Source: the human T2T-CHM13v2.0 reference genome, Homo sapiens. From it: a stretch of 64,000 nt of DNA. This document shows, piece after piece, positions 16,074 to 30,770 of this stretch (position 1 is its first letter; every line of letters starts with the position of its first letter). Below the pieces are notes generated by a model. The model saw only the letters and a program-made list of their open reading frames with translations, was not told the origin of the DNA and did no database searches. The stretch lies in NCBI RefSeq assembly GCF_009914755.1, contig NC_060928.1; one strand, 5' to 3'. Position numbers and translations under genes: made by a program.

Positions 16074-16875
16074 TAAACAGCTTAATTGAGTGATAACTCA
16101 ATATCATAAAATTAAATTGTTTTAAGGGTAAAATGAAATGATTTTTAATAAACTTACAGAATTATGCAACCATCATTACTAATTTTAGAACATTTCTGTA
16201 ACCCAGAAAGAAACTTCCAGCCCACTTGCAGTCACTGCCATTCTCACCTGCATTCTCAGATAACCACTAATTACTTTGTATCTGTTTGTTAGGCCGTATC
16301 TTTCTCTTCGTATAAAAACTGGATATAGAACCAAAGTAGTCCAATCTGCCTTAATATGGGATGGAAAATAAGTACCAGAAATCAAAATATCTGCCCTCTA
16401 CCCAAGCATATCTCCCCTGAAGTTCAGAAGTACAGCTACTAGAAGCTAATTTTTCAATTATATCTTTTACCTGAATTTTTTTTTTACCAAGCCATTCTCA
16501 GAAGAAAGTGTCATCAAGATACCATCAAGCTTTCCCATTTCCCAAATTAAAAATCCTATCATACTAAAAAAGATATAGGACTTAGTTAAAGTATAAAAAC
16601 TTGTAATGATCTGACAAGGACTCTTTTCAATGTTACTTTTGTTGGGAAAGTATTTCAGAAATACATGGTAACTTTTTGGTAAGCACTGGATCTCCTGTCA
16701 GTTTTCAAGAACTTGTTAGTAAAAATACTTAACAAATTTTGTGGGTGCTTCTGAAATAGAATCCCATCACTCACAAAGCACCCTCACATCCATAAGCATA
16801 TTGGTACCTCCCCATTTTGGCTGGAAAGAATTTTATAAACAAGTTAGTCTCAAACACTGTTAATAAGAAAAAGCT

Positions 16876-17198
<323 letters not shown>

Positions 17199-17754
17199 GG
17201 TAAGATGTCTTGGTATTTAGGAAAAACTTTATGGGCATGAGATTTCTTAGCTAAACTGAATGCTGTTAACATAAAATTATATACCCACGTGTATTACAGA
17301 TTTAATATGGTAGCTTATTAGTAACATTAATTAAATGGCAGATATGGGTGATAGGGAAATTTTTAACAGGCTCCTTTTCTTTTTTCCCCACAATAGTGGT
17401 GAATTATAAGTTAAATTTTTTTCTAAGTTTATATTGATTTTTACAAAATTATAAAGACTGAAGAATTGCCTGTATTGCAGTCTAGAAAACCTCAGCACCA
17501 TGCAATATACCAGATAACAAACCTGTACCCCCAATCTAAAATAAAAGTTGAAATTTAAGAAATGAAAAAAAAAAGTTCATAATTGATTGTCTCTTAATCT
17601 TTTTCAGTGATGCTATTGTTGATCTTTTCATATGGAATGGTACTAGAGGCAGTGGTATACCATTTAGGCACAGAGGCTCCTGAGGTCAGATTCCTGGTTA
17701 AATCTAGGCTCTGCTACTTCCTCTCTGACCTTGGGCAACGTACATCATCTCAAT

Positions 17755-18880
17755 TTCTTTTTATTTTTTTTTTATTTTTATGGGTACAAAGTAGGTGTAT
17801 ATATTTATGGGGTACGTGAGATATTCTGATACAGGCATACAGTGTGTAATAATCAAATCAGGGTAAATGGGGTATCCATCACTTCAAGCATTCATCACTT
17901 ATTTCTGTTATAAACATTTCAGTTATAATTTTAGTGATTTTTAAATGTACAATAAATTATTGTTGACTGTAGTCACCCTGTTCTATCAAATACCAGAACT
18001 TACTCATTCTATCTAACTATATTTTTTTACCCATTAACCATCTCTACTTCACCCGCCCTGCCACCCACCACTACTCTTCCCAGCCTCTGGTAACCATCTT
18101 TCTATCTCTATCACCATAAGTTCAATTGTTTTAATTTTTAGCTCCCACAAATGAGTGGGAACACATGAAGTTTGTCTTTTTGTGCCTGGCTTATTTCAAT
18201 TAACATAATGTTTTCCAGTTCCATCCATATTGCAAATGATGACATCCTATTCTTTTTTATGGCTGAATAGTACTCTGTTGTGTATATGTACTACATTTTC
18301 TTCATCCATCCATCAGTGGACACTTATGTTGCTTCCAAATCTTGCCTATTGTGAATAATGTTGCAATAAACATGGGAGTGCAGATATCTCTTTGATATGC
18401 TGATTTTCTTTCTTTTGGATATATTCCCAGCAGTGGGATAGCTGGATCATATGGTAGTTCTATTTTTAGTTTTCTGAGGAACCTCCATACTGTTCTCCAT
18501 AGTGGCTTTACTAACTAACATTCCCACCAACAGTGTACAAGGATTCCCCCATCTCCACATCCTCACCAGCATTCGTTATTGCCTATCTTTTGGATAGAAG
18601 CTGTTTTAACTGGGGTTAGATGATATCTCATTGTAGTTTTGATTTGTATTTCTGTGATGATCATTGATGTTAAGCACTTTTCATATAGCTGTTTGCCATC
18701 TGTCTGTCTTTTGAGAAATGTCTATTTGGAACTTTTGCTTATTTTTTTACTCAGACTATTAGATTTTTTCCTGTTGTTTGAGCTCCTTATATATTCTGGT
18801 TATTAATCTCTTGTCAGATGGATAGTTTGTAAATATTTTCTCCCATTCTGTGGGTTGTCCCTTCACTTTGATTGTTTCAA
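17755..18880 (-). mobile_element. L1 (L1MA-like 3' end) inserted into a MIR
   Basis: Antisense L1 3'UTR/ORF2 motifs (ttccatccatattgcaaatgac, cccaccaacagtgtacaagg). MIR-like halves at ~17640-17750 and ~18890-18990. Confidence 0.88.
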
Positions 18881-19563
18881 TTTTTAAAAAAAATCTGGCT
18901 AACAATATTTCTTAGGGTTGTTATAGTGATTAATTAGATAATACAGAAGCATAGTACCTGCCATGTAAGTAAGATTTGCTGAGAACTATTATGTTGTGAC
19001 TATTTTATTCTACAAGTTGATTTTTTTAATGGCTTTATAGTGACAACAGTTTTCTTTTTTAAGGTCTAAGAAAGCTCTTGTGTCTGTTAAGAAATTCAGC
19101 AGATTGTTTCAACTGATATTCAATTCAATAAAATTCTGTTTCAAGACCTAGTTTTTCTTAAACCTTTAAGTTCAATGTATAAACATCTATTATTCATTAT
19201 TGCAGTTTATAAATGCAGGAACATGCTTTTTTTGATCAATGTTTTGCATCTATCTTGAACAGATTAAATTCTTTTAAATATTAAAACTATAATCTGTAGA
19301 TAAAAATCTCTTAATTTTAAAATTATATTTACACATTTAATATATCTTAAACACTTCATATGCACCACAAGGCACACTTACAAATCTGGAACACAAAGCA
19401 TTTCTACGCCCTTCTACTGGAACCCATGTCTATGCTCAGTAGCCTCTGCAGCTGCCGTCAATGAGCTTCAGATCTGAACTGCCATCCCTGCACCTTTTTC
19501 TGTAGCCATAAGTATCGATCACATGGCCTTTTCCCATTTTTTGAACTATAACCTTTGATATGA

Positions 19564-19872
<309 letters not shown>

Positions 19873-20115
19873 CACTGTTTTCTTCTTATATGGTATTTAT
19901 ATATCTGTCTTGCAATTTTATAGTTACTATGGTATCACACATTATGTGTAATATTAAGGTAACCATAATTCATTTAGCTAACCCCATGTTCTTAGATTAT
20001 TTCCAATTTTCCCTTATATGTAACTGTTGAAAATATGCTTGTAAAAATATGTTTTGTACATCTAATCTAATTCCCTTAAGATAAAGTCATAAAATAGGAT
20101 AACTGAATAAAAATG

Positions 20116-21254
20116 CCATTCAAACCCAATTTAAAAGCCTATGTAAAAAATCATTATTCTTGCTGCACTGTCTACAAATAATTAGGCCAAGTATAATAAA
20201 GCAAACCAGTCCTACCATGATTTGTCTTTAGTAAAAATGGGGAACTGGAGAGAGAAAAATTACATTTCAAAAACTATAGTACACTTGTTAGATTCTAGTC
20301 TTGCCTAATGTTTTTCAATTTTTAATATTTTCTACAGTTTGGACTGAATTCTAATTTTTCTTGGCTAGAAGTCTTCAAAATAATGTTTTCAATTTTTTTC
20401 TTCTTTTTTCCCCATTTTTCCTAATTTGAAGTCACTGAAAACTAAGCTGTGCTTTCATGAAGCCCTGTGAACTGAAGCTAGACAACTTAAACTTCAGAAG
20501 AAAATAACAATCTATTTACATTCATAAGCCACTTTCATACCTGCCTACTAATGTATGGACTTCAGAGTAATGTGATCTATATTGATTTTCCAGGATTATT
20601 TTGTTTGTTGTTGTTTTTCTCCCTTCCTTCCCCTATATTCTCTTCATAGGACATGAGACTTCACAACCTTCTAAAAATGAGCTTTCCTAATAACTCAGGG
20701 CCTACCCATCTAGGAACAAACCATCCTAGCCATGAGAGATAAGATGAAACCTGAGCCCAGAGACTTTTTCTTCTAAAATGCTTTCTCCAAAAGATTTAAA
20801 CAAAGCGGGGGAAATGTGAAAGGAAAATATCTCTGGGCCCCAAAATCACTAAGCTAAAGGGAAAAGTCAAACTGGGAACTGCTTAGGGCAAACCTGCCTC
20901 CCATTCTCACACATCTGCTCACTGAGATAAATGTATAACTCATTGCCGCCTCTGGAGAGGCTAATCAGAAACCCAAAAGAATGCAACCGTTTATCTCTTA
21001 TCTACCTATGACCTGGAAGCCCCCTCCCCACTTTGAGTTGTCCCACCTTTCCAGACTGAACCAATGTTCATCTTACGTATGTTGATTGATGTCTCATGTC
21101 CCCCTAAAATGTATGAAACCAAACTATGCTATGACCACCTTGAGCACATGTCATCAAGACCTCCTGAGGCTGTGTCATGGGTGTGCATCCTCAACCTTGG
21201 CAAAATAAACTTTCTAAATTAACTGAGACCTATCTCAGGTTTTCAGGGTTCACA
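20116..21254 (+). mobile_element. ERV1 MER4-group provirus, 3' part: internal 3' end, polypurine tract and 3' LTR (MER4A-like, 20815-21254)
   Basis: PPT aaagcgggggaaa directly before TGTGAAAGGAAAATATC...; LTR contains AATAAA and ends ...GGGTTCACA. Confidence 0.88.
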
Positions 21255-21529
21255 CTATAGTTATCCTTTCCTACCAGTGTCTGGGAAAGCAAAAAAAGCC
21301 ACAATAGTTCCTCTCTCAGTGGATGGCAGTTTCATTAGTTCATTTGTTTAGGGTACCATGCCAGAGTGCAAAGCATATGCCAAGCCTTCTGAGTCTTCTT
21401 ACATTGCAAAATACTGGAAGTTAACCTAGATAATACTGAAAAAGTTAAAGATCTCTATAGATTCATCTCCCTTTAGAAGGCAAATGGCAAACTCTGAACC
21501 TTCCAGTTACACTGCTAGTGTTTTGTTAC

Positions 21530-22440
21530 ATTTTTTTTTTAACTAAGCATGATTTATTCCAGAAATGTAAGGAAGATTTAAAATTAGAAAATGATTGTAA
21601 TAAAATACATCACAAACATGTTTAAAAGGAAAAGACATTATTATCTGGAGTGAAGCCAAAATGGCATTTGGTAAAACTCAGTATCCAATTGATGTTGCAA
21701 GGGAAAAATATTCAGTATTTTATTTTAATAGAAGTATGTATAGTTAGGCTCTTTTGATGTCAATATCACACAATTTTAGCTGTGTAATATATGTTCTAAT
21801 ACCTAGTGGGAAAAGTCTTCTGCTGCTTTCATATTCACTCCTAAATAAGATTTAGAATCTTTTTGTCAAATACAAGAAAACACATCCATAGACACCATTG
21901 TGCTTCTGTGTTTTACTTCTACATCTCTACTTTTTAACATTGTTCTAGCCAATTAAGCCAAGAAAATGAAAACAAAACAGGCAGGTAATGACTAAAAGGC
22001 AGAAAAGAATATATATGTGAAAATAACTAAAACATACAATATTCAACTGGAAGGTTAGATTTTGTTTACAAATTAAAAACACAGTATCCTTATAGAATCA
22101 GTAATAACCAGTTAGAAAACCTAATAAAAATATGATCACTTACTTGACTATTGGTTACTGATGTAGCCACTACAACAAAGACAAAAATGGCCTCAAATTT
22201 TAATAATTAAAATAAATGTTCAGAACTTATTTGAGGAAAGCTGTAAAAATTAGCTGATGTGGATAGAAGCAAACATAAAGCTATACTATATTCATACATG
22301 GGAAGCTGAGGTTATTATACCAGTAAAGATTTGATGTTGCCATACTATATAATGTGAGTCATTTCCTTTTAATAATGCCAATAGAATTTTTCCTGTAGTC
22401 TGATAAAATGATTCTAAAGTTCATCAGAGAGTAAAAATGG
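21530..22440 (+). mobile_element. Highly diverged ancient L1 (L1M) ORF2 fragment
   Basis: Degenerate L1 motifs gatttattccagaaatgtaagg, aaaatggcatttggtaaaactca, ttctagccaattaag, atgattctaaagttcat. Confidence 0.65.
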
Positions 22441-22480
22441 TAGCAGCAGCAGGTTTACACCACTAGGTTACATTACATAA

Positions 22481-22800
<320 letters not shown>

Positions 22801-25800
22801 CAATAGAAGGAATCTCCTCAGATAAGACTTTTTTAAAACCAGCCCAGCCGTGGATTTGTATCATCAAATACCTGTGAATTGGGTGATTCTCTCCTCTTGA
22901 GGTTCTAAGATAAAGCTTGGAGCTCCTAGGCCTGTCAGAAAGTGACATTCTTTACTTACCACAGGTCAGGAACCCTATACAGGGACTGTGTAGACATGTA
23001 TGAGGCCAGTTTTCCCAAGAGGCTTTTATTGGCTCCATAAGTCAAGTTTGATTCTTTAAAGGAAAGCACACCATTCCAGCCTAAGCCTTGGTAAAATAAC
23101 CAGTTTCTCCAGTTGTGTCCTGTTATAAATGAAAACAGATTCTTATTGCACTTATGCAAATAACTGTATTGCTGTAAGTTAAGAATACAAATAGTTGCCA
23201 ATAGTTTCCAAATTCTTGAGAAAGCAGGTAGAGAGAAAACAAATATGCTCCACATTTTGTTCACAGGAGTATACTTTACTCAATTGTTAAAAGCTGTAAA
23301 TAGCTTAAAAGTTTTCCTGACTCTGAAAAACAAAGGATGAGCAGGTTTTAAACAAAAAAAGTTAAAAAGATTACTTTAGACTTCTATTAGTTTAGTCCAT
23401 GCAGTTAATTCCTGTTCTGCTTAATATTCATGAACATTTCAGCTCTCCATGAGTCCTGAAAGTTTTTCCTCTATTCTGATGTCACAGTCTCCACAGTTAT
23501 CAGAAACCTGCATTCAGGAGCACCTGTAAGGGTTTTATAGCTGATTATAAAACCACCTTCTAAAGAGGACCAAAATAAGACAATTTTCTGTGGATGACAA
23601 AACGTTTTAGGGCAGCCATAGTCAAAGACACAATTGGAAAGAAATTTGTTACCTCTGTGGCATACAATAATTTAACATAATTATAATTATTACTGATAAT
23701 GTACATTAAGTCATATCAGAATTATGGAAGTTTCCCATAATTTTAGAACACATACCAATAGCATATTTATACAAATACAGCCCAAAGAAAACCAAACATC
23801 ATTTTATATTTGACAATGCTTTCTGCATAATTTTTATACCAAAGCCAAATATGTCATTTTTGGACTTTAGGGAACCTAATATCTTAAAGGATTAATTAGG
23901 TAAGAAAAAGGCATACTTTATAATTTGATTTGGAAAGTTTGTCAAATATCAAAAGTTTAAAACACTTGATATCACAAAATAGGATCACAGGTCATTGTAA
24001 AATAAGTCATTTCATTTAACCAAAGTGATAACACAAGGATAAAAAGGCAAAACCTTCATTCTTTGGGAAAGGAGACTTAATTTTCCAAACAATAAGCCTG
24101 AATAAAAACAGCATGAAGCCAATTAAATTTGTTTTTCAAAATTTTATAAACCATAAAATTTTAATTTTGACCATAAGATAAAACTTCCATAAGCCTTTTA
24201 TAACCTTTATAACCTTTATTAAGGAGTCAGTTAATGCTTCAAGAAAACCTTGTTAATCAGACACAGGGACCCATATGCTTGTCTTGCATCAGTGTGTCTT
24301 TGACATTGATAATTAATTTGTAGAGAAACTGAACTTATCTCTCAAAATCAGTTCCTACAGTCTCATACGCCCACCTCTTCCACGATAGTTCCTGGGCCTT
24401 GAGGAGTTGAATAGCTTTAATTTCTGGCCCAGTGTCTTAGGAATGCAGTTTGTTTTGATTGGCATCTTCTACCTGGCCTGAAGATGGGGTTTAATTGCTG
24501 TCAGTGTTTAAAATTTAACAGGACTTGGTGTCCTTTTCAGACACAAAAGTCAAAGGCCTGTAACTTAATGTCACAAGTACCTTAAAAGCACATACAAAGA
24601 GATACATGGATGCAATAACCTTAATTTAAAAAAAAACTTTTAATCTCAGTTTTTTCCTAAGCAAACCAAAACTTAATAATATGACAACTTGATAATATAA
24701 AAGTTTATTTTTAAATCCTCTCATTGTGACTTACACAGACCGTTCATGACATGCTTGGACTTTCTGGTTTGTCCTGAACATCCCTCTTTCTTAAACAACC
24801 AGTCATTCTACTCTAGGACTAAATTCTCTCTCATATGAAGAATCTCATACAAAATTATTTTTCATTTGAAATTATTTCTCTTTAAGCTTTCTTACCAAAA
24901 AAAAAATTATTTTTATAACTTTCTCTACATCTCTTGTATTTCCTGGTTCATTTTACCTGGTTTTATACATAACCTTTAAATAAGCTTTGAATTAGACAAA
25001 AATTGTTCACCCTTTTTTAAAAGGACACACTTTTTTTTTAAGAAAGAATGTTTTCCTACAAATATATTTTATTGGAAAATATCCAAATAATGAAATATCT
25101 ATTATTTAATTTAACTTTAGATTCTAAATTATGACCTGTTTGTCTACAATTATTTATCCCATTACATTTACCTAATTATTTTAATTGTTTATGTAGATTA
25201 TTTATGAAAACTGTGATAGTCATCATTTAAAGTTTTGGAACCACCATTGCAAAATTGTAACTGAAACAGTGAAAAAGATTTAAACTAACTGACTTCATCT
25301 TGCTTTTAGCCTCCAATCTGTCCTTGTTCATTCCTGGGTGTAGGCCAAACTATTTGGGACCTTAGCTTATAGTTTAGCTTTGAAACAAAGACAGTAACAG
25401 TCCTTTCTCAAAACAAACCTCAGTCCCTGTGGACTAAACTGCCCAAAGCCACAAGATTAGAAGTTATGGTAATCTTACTAAATTCAAGATGTAGCTATTT
25501 TTTATTAAACCAATATCAATGTCTTGTTTATTAAAGGTTACACAAGGAAAGTTCATTCAGCTTTGGGCTAGGTTCATAGTTTTATAACCCCCATGTCAAA
25601 TTTTGACACCTTATAGTATTTGGCAGGGATAAGTATGAAATTGCTTGATTAATAAATGCAAACAAGAATGTATGCTGGCAATTCTTAAGACATTTCTAAT
25701 ATTACTTTACCAATAATTTTAAAGCTAGCTTATTTATTAAAGATTTCACTTAAGTTCCGTAAACTTGAAAAAGCATTTGATTAGTCTCTTATTTTTTCCT

Positions 25801-26685
25801 GATAAACTATTTGATTCAAGTGCTTTTTTCTTTAAGCCAATTAATTAGAGCTTTTTAATATATTTTCAGTAGTGAAACATTGTGTACACAACATATAAAT
25901 GCATAGACATGTTAGGCATGCCAATAGAAACACATCTTAGATTCATAAAAAACGTTTTTTTCCTATCCTAGATTTTCAAGATTTTGATAACCTGTTTCAC
26001 AACCTTAGGTAGTTGTCAGCTAAATAGCCTTAAATTTGCATATTAAAGGAAACAACTCAGGTGAAAATCAAATAGCAAAATTTGCATCATAAGATACAGA
26101 GAGAAAAAGTCTAGAGGGAGATTAAAGATGGATGCCAAATCGAACATAAAATTATAAAAATCTATCATAGGATTGCATAAGGAGACCAATTTTATTTAGA
26201 GACTACCTATCTTTTAACCAGATCTCTGAGCCCTGGGCAGAGCCCACACTGAATCCTGGGTTTCCAAAAAGGGAGAATTTTTATGAGGCTGGACCATGTG
26301 ATGTTTTTATGGTTCACTTAAAAAAAATTTTTTTAAAACAAAGACATTTTTAAGTGTCTAAACTACACTTTTCTTTAAAAACCCAAGAGTAGCCTCTGTT
26401 GCAATAACTATTTTAGTCAATAAATCAGGTAACAATATAAAAGCAAGCAGTTTAAAAGCTGAGATGAACTTGTCTGTTTACACTCTTCAAGTTCCATAAG
26501 GAGAAACAGGTTTCTCCCCGAAAGGGAGTCTGGTGTCTTCTCCATTTTCTTTAAGGAACCCCAGGCTATTATAAACTAGTTTAGGTCCCTCATGCAGCAG
26601 AGGGTGAAAGAGAAAGGAGAGACAGCAGAAGTAAATGAAGAAAACAGAATCCAGTCAACTGAGAAGAAAAAATTTAAAAAACGGG

Positions 26686-27113
<428 letters not shown>

Positions 27114-27776
27114 TTAAAAAAACAACTCTTTAAATCTCATTTCCATATTTCACGAACTAGGACAAATTGCCGCTATTTCAGAAGTACCAAGTATCAAACC
27201 AGAAAGGGCTTGATTTAGGAAACAAAACTCAGGCTGTCATGGTGGGAAAAAAAAGGCAGAACCCTAGCTATTGAAATGCAGTGTGGGGTGACTGCCTTTG
27301 CTTTCAGTTTGACCTGGCTAGCAAAAAGGTGGCTTTGTTATGTAAATAAAGCCCCTTAAGTAGTCAAAATTAAAATTCTTTCCTTTTTTTTCTTTTTTTT
27401 TCCTTTTTCTGGCTGTTTTTCTCCCCCCATTATACCACCTTACCATACTACCTTTTTTGTGTGTGTCTATGAGAATTTAGCCACTTCAGTGGCCTTGTTC
27501 CCCATAATTTGGAACTTTCCTTCGGATTTGATCAAGTCGGAAGAAGTTGGTCAAACCCAATGGGAAAAAGACTGAAACAACAAGAAAAAGAGAAACAATA
27601 AAAAAAAACAGTTAAGCAAAAAAAAATGATTGCACAACTTATATGATTACTGAGCACTCTAATGGTAAAGACATTAAGACCAGCTGGTTGTTGATTTTAA
27701 CTTTAGCCAAGACAAACCCCAATTTAGTTATCTAGGGGTTGTTGGGTCTCAGGCTGAAGACTGCTTTCTATCCTAG

Positions 27777-28387
27777 TGAAGCAGCCTTGTCTGGGGTGAT
27801 ACCTGAGGTTCATTGTCTCATGCAGAGGAAATCAAGGACATGGACACACAAGGAGTGAGGTTAAAAGCAGAGGATTAATAGGCAAAAGGAAAAGAAGAAC
27901 TTTCTCCTGCAGAGAGAGGGGTCCCAAATGGGTTTCTGCTTCCTCAGTGAAATGCAGGTTTTATAGATGAGCTTGAGGAGGTGGTGTTTGATTTACATAG
28001 GGCATGAAAGATTGGTTGGACCAGGTGTGCCATTTGCATAAGGGTGCAAAAAGCTGGCCACCCCCACCCTAATGTTTTATTATGCAAATGGATTATCTTC
28101 CTGGCCCACACCATGTTGCCTGTTTCTTTACACATGGTGACAAAAAGGAAGATGGAGCCTACACGTTGAACATACCTGGCCCCCAGGTAGCCATTTTGTA
28201 TTGGCACAGCTGCTGGCAGTAACCTGTGCAAGCTTCCAGCTTGCTTATCTATGTCTGCAGCTCAATTTTTCAGGCTGCTCTTCATTAGACAAAAGAAGTT
28301 TCTCGGGCTGCTTTCTGTTAGAAGGGAAGCCTTGCCAAGAACTCGTACCCTCACTATCTGCCTAAATAACTTCTATCTCCTGTGTCA
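27777..28387 (-). mobile_element. Solo ERV1 LTR (MER50/MER61-like) nested in the MER4 provirus
   Basis: TG...CA termini (minus strand starts TGACACAGGAGATAGAAG...TTAGGCAGATAGTGAGGGTA); 4-bp TSD CTAG at 27773-27776 and 28388-28391. Confidence 0.85.
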
Positions 28388-29515
28388 CTAGGAGCAGGAA
28401 AAAAAAAAAAAACCTCATCTTCCCTGTTGGAAGGGAAACTCCGTAAAGGAGTTACCTACCTTCCATCATCATGGAAGCAGGAAAAACTTGCCTGCCTTGT
28501 GTTGGAAGCAACTAAAACTCCAAAAAAAAAAAAAAAAAAAAAAGGTTGTACAGCAAAATAAACTTTAGATCTCAACCAGAATTGGGGAGATCAGGGATTC
28601 TCTGGAATGGGTGCTTCCAGGCCTCAGCAAATTGTCCTATTGGTTTAAGCCATAAAGATAGCCCAAGGTTGAACCAAGCACTGATAGGAGATTTGTTAAA
28701 GGTCAGGGGCACCTCCACTCAGAATCCCTCTGTGGTTACCAAAATGTGAACCCTGAAAATCTGAGACAGGTCTCAGTTAATTTAGAAAGTTTATTTTGCC
28801 AAGGTTGAGGTTGCACACCCATGACACAGCCTCGGGAGGTCTTGAAGACATGTGCCCAAGGTGGTCAGAGCACAGTTTGGTTTCATACATTTTAGGGGGA
28901 TATGAGACATCAATCAACATATGTAAGATGAACATTGGTTCGGTCCGGAAAGGTGGGACAACTCAAAGTGGGGAGAGGCCTTCCAGGTCATAGGTAGATA
29001 AGAGATAAATGGTTGCATTCTTTTGGGTTTCTGATTAGCCTCTCCAAAGAAGGCAATCAGATATGCATTTATCTCCATGAGCAGATGTGTGACTTTGAAT
29101 AGAATGGGAGGCAGGTTTGCCCTAAGCAGTTCCCAGCTTGACTTTTTCCTTTAGCTGAGTGATTTTGGGACCCCGAGATATTTTCCTTTCAAAATAGGAA
29201 TGAATATGTTGTGATCATTATCTTGATGACAAACATTTCGTCCCAAGATTTGTTCACACATGATGAATGTGCTATGTATATTTAATCTTAATGAAATCCC
29301 AAGGAAAATATTAATTTTAACACTAATAACGATAAATGGGCATTGTACTCACATAGTGTTCTTACTCCCAGGGGCACAAAGCTCTTCACAATTAATTATT
29401 TCAGTCATTCTCATAGCAGTCCCATGAGGTGGGTGGCTGAGTGTGTCCTCTTGGAAAAAAAAAAGAAAAAAGGTTACTAATTGGATTTTCTTCTGTTCCA
29501 CATTCTGTGTTCTAG

Positions 29516-29668
29516 AACCGAGTAGCTACCTTATAAAGACCATCTGTACATCCACTGTGAAATGGAGTTTCAAAATCACAAGCTTCTTTCCCACATGAAC
29601 ATAAGACTAGGAGCACATATGGAAGAGTAAAGTTGAAGGGAATTTGGATGATGATTTGGCAAGATGCT
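29516..29668 (+). other. SGMS2: Non-coding (5'UTR) exon of SGMS2, 153 nt
   Basis: Branch point TACTAAT (29475-29481), pyrimidine tract and tctag| acceptor, donor GCT|gtaagt at 29668/29669. Confidence 0.75.
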
Positions 29669-30477
29669 GTAAGTGGATTAGGCAAGGCTGCTAAAGAGAG
29701 ACAGGAAATGGCTGTGTTAGTGCTTCGGACCTCCGTTAGAAGTAGCAGTTCATGGTGTTGAAGGTTTGTTGTTGAAAATACCTTCCTGAGGCACCTCTTC
29801 ATTGTGCTTATTCTTCCCACAACATTGTGCCAAGACACTGTCAAGCCTGGGCCTGTCAAAGCCTGGGATGTCAAAGGCCTGGGTCTTTCTCATCCTGCTG
29901 TAATGTATTGATAGCTGGGGGCTCTGCAGAAGGACAAGGGAAAGGTGAGATGTTTATAATTCTCAGTAGTACCTTTTAGCTAGTCTCATGCTCCCTTATC
30001 CCCCATTTCTCTACCAGGCCAGCTTTCCACATGCTTTTGCTTTCTCAGAAACAGAGCCTGTGTGTGGACACATCTTGTCCCTGGAGCAGGGAAACAGTAC
30101 AGCTAAACCTCTCACTTTACCTAGTGATCAGCTCATCCCTCTCCTTCCTTTCACAATATGCCATTCAGTCTTCTCCAGTAGTCTTTCATCATTTTAGTCC
30201 TGTCTCTTTGGTTAGACTGCAAGCTCTTTGGCTGAATGTTCAGGTCAGGTGTTTTTCACTCCTTTTAATTTGCCCTACATAGCCTTCAGCACTGGGGCAT
30301 TTAGGTGCACAGTAAACACTTGTGGTTTATCTATTTGCCACCCATAATTGTAAACAGACATTGCCTGTACATATTGACTGCCATTTTCGCTGTGTTTTTT
30401 TTCTTTCATTAAATAAAGGCTTAGCTGTCATCACTTTGAGTTTGTCCTCCTCAGTTTTCCCTGAAGTTACCCTGAAA

Positions 30478-30770
30478 CGGGGAGGCAGGGGAGGGGGGAG
30501 GTCCTTTAAAATGCAGTGGATTGTGCTTAAGTTGAGCAGTGTATCCAGGGAGAGGACTAATTACGAGGTTTGAAAACCTCATCAGGTGGCTGGTTTCTGT
30601 AGCAGGACTAAAAGACTGCTCTCCTAAATTGAGAACAGCTGGGGCTGTGTGCTAGCAAGTATAAAAGAGGTGGCAGTGGTGCCCCGTGTCCGAAAGAAGT
30701 GTGTGCTCTCTGGAGCCTGTGGAGCTGAAGCCAAAGGTAGTTATCCTCATCAGTGTCGTGGTGGGTGAGT
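30478..30770 (+). promoter_or_regulatory. Candidate internal promoter and short alternative first exon
   Basis: G-rich GC-box-like tract 30478-30501, TATAAAAG at 30660-30667, GC-richer downstream sequence and donor TGG|gtgagt at 30764/30765, ~830 nt upstream of the 31596 acceptor. Confidence 0.5.

Noticed and set aside
25236-25470. LTR8-like fragment as an independent nested insertion
   Set aside because: Partial, with no TSD visible. It may be an ancestral part of the MER4 internal consensus; this needs a Dfam alignment.
29512-29874. 120-aa minus-strand ORF over the leader exon
   Set aside because: Non-ATG start, no recognisable domain, no antisense splice or promoter evidence.
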